From a virus: a stretch of DNA of 64,000 nucleotides. The notes under the pieces were generated by a model that was given only the letters and a program-made list of their open reading frames with translations, made no database searches and was not told the DNA's origin. The position numbers and the translations under genes are program-made. The stretch lies in IMG/VR virus record IMGVR_UViG_3300034104_003304, positions 1 to 64,000 of that record. One strand, given 5' to 3'. Shown piece by piece: positions 55,934 through 64,000 of this stretch. Numbering within the stretch: the first letter of the stretch is position 1; the number at the start of each line of letters is the position of its first letter.

Positions 55934-56058
55934 TGATGTTTTATTGGGGTAGTTATCGACCTATACTGAGATTGATCAATCAATTGCGAAAAATGGATAT
56001 GCGAACAATCCATCCAATAGCATTTAAATCCACGCTTGTTCGTAAAAAAGAGGGTAAC

Positions 56059-56352
56059 ATGTCACTAGTTTATAATGTAACCGCTGGACCAGTTGTAGAT
56101 AACGATGTTGTCGAGCGTAGGCTAACAGTAACTGTTAATGGTGAAGTATCACAAGTAGCCACAAACTCAAATGATACTACTTCATTCGGAGAGTTTTCCT
56201 TTGCAGAAAATGACAACGTTGTTCTAACACTGGTTGACGTTGATGATGCTGGAAACGTAAGTTCCCCAGCAGTATTAGAGTTTACCGCTGCCGATACCAT
56301 TCCTCCAGCAAAGCCGGGAGAATTTGGAGTAACTTTGGTACGAGAAGAGTAA
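56059..56352 (+). CDS. Small Ig/FN3-like beta protein
   Basis: VDDAGNVS...DTIPPAKP. Confidence 0.55.
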   Translation: MSLVYNVTAGPVVDNDVVERRLTVTVNGEVSQVATNSNDTTSFGEFSFAENDNVVLTLVDVDDAGNVSSPAVLEFTAADTIPPAKPGEFGVTLVREE

Positions 56353-56375
56353 ATAAGTCAATTTATTGGCACAGA

Positions 56376-56406
56376 TAAGGGGATAGCCCATCGGCTATCC
56401 CTTTAT
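56376..56406. terminator. Hairpin terminator
   Basis: ggggatagcc...ggctatcccc. Confidence 0.7.
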
Positions 56407-56469
56407 TGTTATATGGAAAGGTGTATATAGTATTGGTAATTTCATAACCGGCACCGAAGGGATATCGCC

Positions 56470-57240
56470 ATGAAAAAGCTAATATTAATACTTTTCTGTC
56501 TATTTCTAGAGAATAATTTGATAGCTGGCACAATAGACCAAAACGTGCCAGATTCTAAATATGTTGAATATGGCGATAAGCATGAGTCTGTAGTAAAACT
56601 AGAAGGAAATTACGATAATAAAGATAATACATATTTTTACGCATCAGCAGTAGTTATTAAACCTAGATGGTTATTAACTGCCGCACACGTAATTAAAGGT
56701 AGTAAAAATTGTAGAATTGTTGTTGGTAAAAAAACTATACCAATAGACTTCATAAAGCACCATGCTTCATATGAAGAAAATAAATTTGGAAAATACGATA
56801 TTGGAATAGGGCATTTAAAAGAAGATGCCAATATATCTTTTTATCCAGAGTTATATAGCAAAGACGATGAGGTTGGTAAAATTTGTAGCATGGCTGGATA
56901 TGGAGTTACTGGAACATTTCAAAGCACAGAAAGAAAAGTAGATAATCTTAAAAGAGCAGGATCAAATACAGTAGAAGCTATAGATAGAGACTTATTGATA
57001 TGTTCTTTAAAAGATGGGCCAAGAACCAGTTTAGAATTTTTGATATGTCATGGCGATAGTGGTGGTGGTTTATTTATAGATAAAAAACTAGCAGGAATAA
57101 ATTCCTGTATTCTTACGGAAGATAAAAAATTAGATTCAAATATTAATGATTGGTCTGGACATACTAGAGTTAGTTTATTTATTGATTGGGTAAAAGAGGT
57201 AATGGATACCATAGAAAAGGCAGAGCAAGCCAAACCATGA
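56470..57240 (+). CDS. Secreted trypsin-like serine protease
   Basis: Signal peptide, LTAAHV, YDIGI, GDSGGG. Confidence 0.88.
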   Translation: MKKLILILFCLFLENNLIAGTIDQNVPDSKYVEYGDKHESVVKLEGNYDNKDNTYFYASAVVIKPRWLLTAAHVIKGSKNCRIVVGKKTIPIDFIKHHASYEENKFGKYDIGIGHLKEDANISFYPELYSKDDEVGKICSMAGYGVTGTFQSTERKVDNLKRAGSNTVEAIDRDLLICSLKDGPRTSLEFLICHGDSGGGLFIDKKLAGINSCILTEDKKLDSNINDWSGHTRVSLFIDWVKEVMDTIEKAEQAKP

Positions 57241-57560
57241 TTTTTCAAAAACTACTAAAGTATTTTTTCAGAACAGACGAATATGGTGCTAGGTCGCCAC
57301 GCTGGGCTATAATAAGGAAAGAGCATCTAGAAAATAATCCAGACTGTGCAGCATGTGGAAGAAATAAAAAGATAGAGGTTCATCATATAAAACCATTTCA
57401 TTTAAATCCAGAATTAGAATTAGATCCAAATAATTTGATTTCTTTATGCGACGATCCTTGTCACTTTGTGTTTGGTCATTTAATGAATTATAGGAGTTGG
57501 AATACCAATGTTATCGAAGACTGTAAAAGATATCTTGACAGAATTAAAAATAGGCCATAA
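57237..57560 (+). CDS. HNH endonuclease
   Basis: CAACG...EVHHIKP...NLISLC...CH. Confidence 0.8.
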   Translation: MIFQKLLKYFFRTDEYGARSPRWAIIRKEHLENNPDCAACGRNKKIEVHHIKPFHLNPELELDPNNLISLCDDPCHFVFGHLMNYRSWNTNVIEDCKRYLDRIKNRP

Positions 57561-57684
57561 ATTTTATATAGTATTGAGCATACAGGGTTTTTGTTTAGGA
57601 TATATGATTGGATTTTTAATGTCTTATTTTGAAATTCTATAACTTGCTATTGACAAAATTGACTTGGTGGGCTATCATAGTTAG

Positions 57685-58324
57685 ATGCAAGCTCACCCAA
57701 AAGAAAAATTGAACATGTTAGACTTAAGAGAATACAACAAAGCTCCCTCTAGTTATTTAGAGGATAAACAAAAAATTAAAAAATTGATATCAGATGTGGG
57801 CTATAAACATCTTCTTGAATATCTTATCGAAGATATAGATAACTATGAAATTCTTGGCCATGATGATTTATGGATATTAAGAATGGCAGAAAGTCTAGAA
57901 GATGCTTACAATGTATTTATGCAAAAGTATAAGGACGAAGACAACATAGATAGTAGGATAACACCAAATGAGAATTGATCACGCATTAAATGTTAAGGTT
58001 GGAGATCATCTAATGAATACATTCTTGGATGACGTTGTTGTAACCAGTATATACAAAGAAGGTGGAGTCATTGTATTTGGAACAATCGACACAAGACTAA
58101 GACAAGTAGCTTACTCATATGATTATGTATACTTAGTCGATATTGGCCCAAATGATATTTCTGATGAAGAATCTAGTTTTATAAATTGGGCTAAAGAAAA
58201 TAGAGAAAGCATAGAAGAACAGTTAGAAAATTTAGATTTAGTCAAGCAGTCTTATATGCAGGGATTTGGAATGGGTTTTGCTTATAAAAGAATAATATCC
58301 CATGAGGAGTCAATGCAAAAATGA
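57685..58324 (+). other. Two hypothetical CDSs (57685-57978, 57968-58324)
   Basis: Overlapping co-oriented ORFs after a promoter. Confidence 0.6.
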
Positions 58325-58971
58325 ATAATGTAAAACTAATCAGTATCACTCCAGACGTTGAAAAGCTTATGGCGTATTGTGCTAAGGTAAGTAATCCAAA
58401 TGGACAAGATAGTGATAATTATGCAAAACTATTAAAGTATTGCATCGCTCATGAGCATTGGAGTATTTTTGAGCAAGGTTTTATGACCGTAGAGATTAAT
58501 ACCACAAGAGGTATAGCGGCACAGATTCTTCGCCACCGTAGTTTTACATTTCAAGAGTTTAGCCAACGATATGCAGATGCCACTCTATTAGCAGAAGATA
58601 TTCCACTTTTTGAATTAAGGCGGCAAGACAATAAGAATCGTCAAAATAGCATTGATGATATATCTGATGAGATTAAAGTAAAATGGAATACACAAATTCG
58701 TGAACATTTTTCTAAAGCTAAGGCTATTTATGATGGCATGATTGCAGATGGTATAGCTAAAGAATGTGCAAGGTTTGTATTGCCACTAGCAGTCCCAACA
58801 AGACTATATATGAGTGGCACCATTAGATCATGGATTCACTATATAAATCTACGATCTTCTCATGGCACACAGAAAGAACATATGGATATAGCTAATAGCG
58901 TTAAGGAAATTTTTATTCAACAATTACCAGTTGTTTCTCAAGCATTGGAGTGGAATAATGATCAAGCTTGA
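58321..58971 (+). CDS. thyX: Flavin-dependent thymidylate synthase
   Basis: HWSIFE, QILRHRSFTFQEFSQRY, KECARFVLP, TQKEH. Confidence 0.95.
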   Translation: MNNVKLISITPDVEKLMAYCAKVSNPNGQDSDNYAKLLKYCIAHEHWSIFEQGFMTVEINTTRGIAAQILRHRSFTFQEFSQRYADATLLAEDIPLFELRRQDNKNRQNSIDDISDEIKVKWNTQIREHFSKAKAIYDGMIADGIAKECARFVLPLAVPTRLYMSGTIRSWIHYINLRSSHGTQKEHMDIANSVKEIFIQQLPVVSQALEWNNDQA

Positions 58972-59257
58972 TATGTCCGAAAGCGATATTATTAGGGCAG
59001 TTAAAAATTCTACCACATCCCCGCTGCAATATTTAAGTGCTAGATTCTTCAAAAGAGATGTACGAGATATTGATGTTGGAAGAGATGGAATTATAATCTG
59101 GGAAAATGATATCGATGATTATATATCCTACAGATATTGTGAAGAATATATTCAACTTTTAGATCAATTTATTTCTGAATGGGAAGAGTTTGTCGATGGA
59201 GAACTAAGTGATTTTGACTTAGAACCCATATCTTTTTGCGTATACCAGAACGGTTGA
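58958..59257 (+). CDS. Hypothetical protein
   Basis: Coupled ORF. Confidence 0.6.
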   Translation: MIKLDMSESDIIRAVKNSTTSPLQYLSARFFKRDVRDIDVGRDGIIIWENDIDDYISYRYCEEYIQLLDQFISEWEEFVDGELSDFDLEPISFCVYQNG

Positions 59258-59265
59258 AAAAAATT

Positions 59266-59306
59266 TCAAGTCTGCTGCTTGACAACGCCGATACATGGTG
59301 TAGAAT
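59266..59306 (+). promoter_or_regulatory. Nested sigma70 / sigma28-like promoter for rIIA
   Basis: TTGACA-N16-TAGAAT overlapping TCAAG-N16-GCCGATA. Confidence 0.7.
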
Positions 59307-59350
59307 CAAAGCATATTCAGTCACTTAGCACTTTTAGGAGATAAGCAATT

Positions 59351-61459
59351 ATGAAACTTCACGCTAGCACCAACGTCATTGAAAAGTCTGGTAACTTTGA
59401 AGAGTCAAAGTTCAGCATCGAAGCTTCGTCTAAAGCGTTTTTCATTCTGTCTGACGGTCTTTATTCTAACAAGATTCTCGCGGTTGTTCGTGAGCTTTCT
59501 ACCAATGCGTATGATTCGCACGTTGAGGCTGGCAAGGTCAACGTTCCGTTCGATGTTCATCTGCCCACGCAGCTTGAACCTACGTTTTTTATTCGTGACT
59601 ACGGCACCAGCATGGATCACGATAGCTGTATGCAACTTTATACAACATATTTCCGCAGTACGCGAAACAATAGTAATGACGCTGTGGGTTGTCTTGGTCT
59701 TGGTAGCAAGGCTCCCTTTGCTTATTCTGATAGTTTTACTGTTGAGGCTTTCCTTGATGGCAAGCGTAGGCTTTATGCTGCCTATAAGAATGAGGATGGT
59801 AGCCCCGTGTTCTCTCTGATGGATACTTTTGAAACGACTGAGCCTAATGGCATCAAGGTTTCTATCAGTGTTCAAGATAACGACGTTAATCGATTTATTC
59901 GTGAGGCTCATAAGGTTTATGAGTTCTTCAAGGTTCGCCCCAAGTTTATCGGTGAATCTATTTCTTATGAAAATCCCAACAAGGTTATTGAGGGAACCAA
60001 CTGGTATTTTGATGATAACAGTTCTGACAATCTGATTATCATGGGTCAGATTGCATACCCCCTTGATCACTACCAGCTTATGAATAGCGGTTTTGATAAT
60101 AAGACTGTTAGTTTTATTCAAGATTCCAGCGGTCTGCGTCTTTTCGTAAAGATTGGTGATGTTGATATTACTCCTAGTCGTGAATCTTTGTCTTATAGCA
60201 AGGAAACTAAGACTAATATCGTCAACATGGCACGTACTATTGCTGAAGAGATCGCGGTCAAGATTCAAGAAGAAATTAAGAGTCAACCGTCTTTGTTTAA
60301 AGCACGTAAGAAATATGTACAGGTTAGTGATCAGTGCCATTCTATCAAGACTGCTGTTGAATCACTGCATAAATCTCTTACTTGGAATGATACCAAGCTT
60401 TTTGATAGTAATGCTGCTGAAAGTGTTGGTATTAAGGGTTGCAGCGTAGATATTTTTGAAAAGTCTCAGTGGCGTAAAAAGATTGAGGTTAAGAAGAATG
60501 CCGAACATATGTTCTTCGGTACTAAAACCAAGTTTATTGTTGACGATCTTAATCGCGGTGGCGTTAGTCGGATTCGTCAAATGATGCGTGATGCTAATAA
60601 TAGTCAGGTCTGCTACTGCTACAAGCTTTCTAGTGGAGAGACTGTTGACAGTTGCAAGCTGTATGATATCATGGGTGGAGCAACCAAAGAGGATGTGATC
60701 CTTACGTCGAATCTTCCCAAGGTTGAGTACAATCGTCAAAGCTATGGTAATTCAGACGGTTTGCCCGCTGTTCAAATTCAAGTCTATAATGAAGAAACTG
60801 GCAAGTTTGAAGTGTGTAACATGAGCGTAAAGTTCGAAAACGCCCACTATTTCATCGAAGCGAAAGATACTATCAAGATCGGCTATTCACATGTCGATAC
60901 TAGGTATCTGCAAGATGTACTGACTTGGGTTCATCAAAACTATAGCGAAGTTGTTAGCGATGCCACGTTTTATATTGTTAAGCCTTCTGTGGCTAAGAAT
61001 CGTAAACTGGAACAGCGAGACAACTGGACTAATGGTTGCAATTTGCTTGAGACTGTTTTCGCAGATGCTGTTGAAAAGCACCGCGAAGATATTATCACTG
61101 TGAATACTCGCAGCCCATTGTCTGCCTCTAGGAATGATCGCTGGATTGATATTCTCAACATGACTAAGACTAATTGCAAAGCAAAGCAGATTGCGACAGA
61201 GTATAATGAATACAGGAAGAGGATTGACAACATCTCAGCCGACATGTATACTATTCAAGGTATGGCAGAAAAACTGCACAGCGTTGAAGCGGTCAATTTT
61301 AGCAACGTGAAGATCAACACTGATAAGTTTTCGAAAGAATTTGATAAGGAAATGATGAAGTATCCCATGCTTAAGTTTGCCGCCAATGTCTGGGGCGAAG
61401 CTGATAAGCAACTTGTGGCCGATTATATCGACTGCATTGAGAACAATAACACACTGTGA
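59351..61459 (+). CDS. rIIA: rIIA-like protein (GHKL ATPase N-terminus)
   Basis: LYSNKILAVVRELSTNAYDSH, IRDYG, GLGSKAPFAY, TPSRESLSY; followed by rIIB-like gene. Confidence 0.85.
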   Translation: MKLHASTNVIEKSGNFEESKFSIEASSKAFFILSDGLYSNKILAVVRELSTNAYDSHVEAGKVNVPFDVHLPTQLEPTFFIRDYGTSMDHDSCMQLYTTYFRSTRNNSNDAVGCLGLGSKAPFAYSDSFTVEAFLDGKRRLYAAYKNEDGSPVFSLMDTFETTEPNGIKVSISVQDNDVNRFIREAHKVYEFFKVRPKFIGESISYENPNKVIEGTNWYFDDNSSDNLIIMGQIAYPLDHYQLMNSGFDNKTVSFIQDSSGLRLFVKIGDVDITPSRESLSYSKETKTNIVNMARTIAEEIAVKIQEEIKSQPSLFKARKKYVQVSDQCHSIKTAVESLHKSLTWNDTKLFDSNAAESVGIKGCSVDIFEKSQWRKKIEVKKNAEHMFFGTKTKFIVDDLNRGGVSRIRQMMRDANNSQVCYCYKLSSGETVDSCKLYDIMGGATKEDVILTSNLPKVEYNRQSYGNSDGLPAVQIQVYNEETGKFEVCNMSVKFENAHYFIEAKDTIKIGYSHVDTRYLQDVLTWVHQNYSEVVSDATFYIVKPSVAKNRKLEQRDNWTNGCNLLETVFADAVEKHREDIITVNTRSPLSASRNDRWIDILNMTKTNCKAKQIATEYNEYRKRIDNISADMYTIQGMAEKLHSVEAVNFSNVKINTDKFSKEFDKEMMKYPMLKFAANVWGEADKQLVADYIDCIENNNTL

Positions 61460-61482
61460 AAGGTCTAAACTAGGAGTATATC

Positions 61483-62349
61483 ATGAAATATATTATTGCA
61501 AATGACGGTAACGTTACAGCGGTGGTCAGCAGTCAAACGTATAACTTTGGCAAAGCCCACCCAAATTATAATAAGCTGGTCAATCATCTTAAGAATAATA
61601 ATGTTGAGCATTTCGAAGCTTGCTACGATATCGTGTCTCATCTTAATTCTTATTGCGAGGGCTATGTGAATTGTGCGGACGGTGTTCTGAACTGGGATGG
61701 TATTAAGATGCCCAATATGTTTACCAGCACAATTCTGGATATGGTCAAGCAGGGTTTTCCTTTTGAGCCGATGCTTAACTTCCTTGATAATATGAGCCAG
61801 AATCCTTCTGACCATGCTATCGTTGAATTGTTTGACTTTATGGAGAATAAGCACATGCCTATTACTATGGACGGGCACTTCTTGGCATATAAGGCTGTTC
61901 GTTCAGACTGTAAAGATATCTATTCTGGCACGTTTGATAATTCAGTTGGTAGCGTATGCTCAGTGCCACGTAGTCAAGTAGACGGTAATCGTGATAATGG
62001 TTGTGGCAAGGGTTTGCACGTTGGTGCTATCGATTATGCTAAGTCTTATGGTGGTATTAATCTTGATGAAGATGGTGACAATGATGGTGGAAATCAGCTT
62101 ATGATTTGCAAGGTTAATCCCCGCGACGTTGTTAGCGTTCCTACGGATCATAAGTTCCAAAAGCTTCGCACTTGTCGCTATGAAGTTGTGTCTAAGTTTG
62201 ATAGCATCTTCGATAAGATCATCCATATGACAGAGCAGGACAAGGCTTACATGGCAACTAAGAAGCGTAACCGCGAATGGGTTGTTGAAGTTACAGCAAA
62301 GCTTGACAAGATTAATTCGGTTCTTAGTAAGAAGTTGATGAGTGTGTGA
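61483..62349 (+). CDS. rIIB: rIIB-like protein
   Basis: ITMDGHFLAYKAV, CGKGLH, KVNPRDVVSVP, KLRTCRYEV. Confidence 0.88.
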   Translation: MKYIIANDGNVTAVVSSQTYNFGKAHPNYNKLVNHLKNNNVEHFEACYDIVSHLNSYCEGYVNCADGVLNWDGIKMPNMFTSTILDMVKQGFPFEPMLNFLDNMSQNPSDHAIVELFDFMENKHMPITMDGHFLAYKAVRSDCKDIYSGTFDNSVGSVCSVPRSQVDGNRDNGCGKGLHVGAIDYAKSYGGINLDEDGDNDGGNQLMICKVNPRDVVSVPTDHKFQKLRTCRYEVVSKFDSIFDKIIHMTEQDKAYMATKKRNREWVVEVTAKLDKINSVLSKKLMSV

Positions 62350-62367
62350 TTGAATGTTTGAGAGTAT

Positions 62368-62395
62368 AACGGGGATGGGGAAACTCACCCCGTTT
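62368..62395 (+). terminator. Hairpin after rIIB
   Basis: aacgggg...ccccgtt. Confidence 0.55.
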
Positions 62396-62517
62396 ACTCT
62401 TAAAATAATTACTGTCTTACCTTTTCCATCAAGATTATTTATAAAATTATGGATCTATTAAAATACCAGTTATTGTGTATATAAATATATGATCGGTACA
62501 CAGCAAGAGGTATTAAA

Positions 62518-63051
62518 GTGAAAAATAATATAGGCGACAAAAAATATAATCTTCAAATATTAGAAATTATAAGAGAAAATAATAAAATTTCAAAGTATAA
62601 ATGTATTTGTGAATGTGGTAATGAAAAGACGATACCAACAAATAAGTTTGGAGTAACAAAAACGTGCGGTTGTAGAAAAACAACAATAGGATCATTGCAT
62701 AGAAAATGGAAGGGATATAAAGACATACAGGGTGGAATATGGTATCAATATATTAGAAATGCAAACAAAAGAAATATTCTATTTGATTTAAATATTAAAG
62801 ACGCTTGGGATATATTTGAACAACAAAATCAAAAATGCGCATTATCTGGTTTAGATATAAAATTTGGACGAAGAGGAAAATTGCACCATAGAATAGAAAC
62901 CACAGCATCTCTAGATAGAATAAATAACGATATGGGATATACTAAAGATAACGTGCATTGGGTACATAAAAAAATAAATCAGATTAAAATGGATATGAGT
63001 ATGCAAGAATTTATAGAATTATGTAAGAAAGTTAGCAATGAAAATAAATAA
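62518..63051 (+). CDS. Homing endonuclease-like protein
   Basis: CICECG...TCGC; CALSG...SLDRINNDMGY..DNV.W...N..K. Confidence 0.75.
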   Translation: MKNNIGDKKYNLQILEIIRENNKISKYKCICECGNEKTIPTNKFGVTKTCGCRKTTIGSLHRKWKGYKDIQGGIWYQYIRNANKRNILFDLNIKDAWDIFEQQNQKCALSGLDIKFGRRGKLHHRIETTASLDRINNDMGYTKDNVHWVHKKINQIKMDMSMQEFIELCKKVSNENK

Positions 63052-64000
63052 TGACATAAAATTAGATTTTGACGACGTTCTTTTGCTCCCAAAAAGAAGT
63101 ATGGCAGCATCTAGAAAAGACGTAAATATTGAAAGAACATTTAATTTTTTCCACTCGTCACAACAATGGTATGGAACGCCAATTTGTGCTTCAAATATGG
63201 ATTCTGTTGGCACGTTTATTATGGCTCAAGCATTGCAAAAGTTTAATGCCATAACATGTCTACACAAACACTATACAGTAGAAGAATATTGTGAAAATAT
63301 TACAGATTTGAACACGTACTGGTATAGTATGGGCATCAAAGATTCAGACATAGAAAAACTTTCTGTGTTAGTCGAAAGAATTCAAGATGTTCCTAATATT
63401 TGTATAGATGTTGCGAATGGCTATACTGATAACTTTGTGAATTTCTGTAGTAAAGTTAGAGAAACTTTTGGTAGTCGCCCCATTATAATGGCTGGAAATG
63501 TATGCACTCCAGAAATGGTACAAGAACTAATTCTTCACGGTGGCGTGGATATTGTTAAGATTGGAATTGGTCCCGGTTCAGCCTGTACAACAAGATTAAA
63601 AACTGGTGTTGGATATCCCCAGCTTTCAGCTATAATAGAGTGTGGACATGCCGCTCACGGTTTAAAGAGCGAAGATAAACGCATGGGGTTGATTTGTGCA
63701 GACGGTGGTTGTAGGACTCCCGCAGACGTTGTAAAGGCTTTTGCAGCCAATGCAGACTTTGTGATGCTGGGAGGAATGTTTGCTGGTGCAGACGAATGTG
63801 AAGGCGAATGGGAATATGAATATCAATCTAAAGCTGCTGGATTAGTTGGACCATTTTGGCAACCATTTGATCCCGGTTATAATACAGAGAAAAGAAAAAA
63901 GAAACTAACATTCTATGGCATGAGTTCGCATAAGGCTCAAGAGAAATATGGTGGTATTAAGAACTATAGAGCTAGCGAAGGAAGAACACTATCGGTTCCA
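63038..64000 (+). CDS. guaC: GMP reductase (runs off the window)
   Basis: Manual translation: [64 protein letters not shown]. Confidence 0.92.
   Translation, partial: MKINNDIKLDFDDVLLLPKRSMAASRKDVNIERTFNFFHSSQQWYGTPICASNMDSVGTFIMAQALQKFNAITCLHKHYTVEEYCENITDLNTYWYSMGIKDSDIEKLSVLVERIQDVPNICIDVANGYTDNFVNFCSKVRETFGSRPIIMAGNVCTPEMVQELILHGGVDIVKIGIGPGSACTTRLKTGVGYPQLSAIIECGHAAHGLKSEDKRMGLICADGGCRTPADVVKAFAANADFVMLGGMFAGADECEGEWEYEYQSKAAGLVGPFWQPFDPGYNTEKRKKKLTFYGMSSHKAQEKYGGIKNYRASEGRTLSVP

Overview
This window is a 64-kb segment of a large, AT-rich tailed dsDNA phage. The host is probably a planctomycete (inference from FGE-type and Cys-rich secreted proteins, and from sigma54 and FliA-like promoter motifs). 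1-23.2 kb (minus strand) is a late/virion block: mucin-like Thr/Pro/Cys-rich proteins (one with a circularly permuted FGE/SUMF1 domain), a fibre-like protein, major capsid, decoration protein, protease/scaffold, portal, large terminase, ClpP-like, ERCC4 and HNH nucleases, gmd, a methyltransferase, a glycosyltransferase and a sigma-like factor. 23.3-64 kb (plus strand) holds early/middle genes: many small ORFs, DUF932, UvsE, DNA ligase, AlkB-like, ThyX, rIIA/rIIB, GMP reductase, 10 tRNAs (one with a group I intron) and a tmRNA. The most unusual signals are non-coding. (1) Ten copies of an 82-bp element (two 11-7-11 palindromes separated by exactly 24 bp with a GC core) divide 24.3-40.3 kb into 1.1-2.7 kb gene blocks, and three copies have an antisense sigma54 motif positioned to start at the element edge. 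(2) Three different stem-closed structured RNAs at 34.85-35.29 kb are each followed by TTTAYAATACAA. (3) Sigma28-like motifs are nested inside many sigma70 promoters. All calls were made by eye; no searches or folding programs were run.
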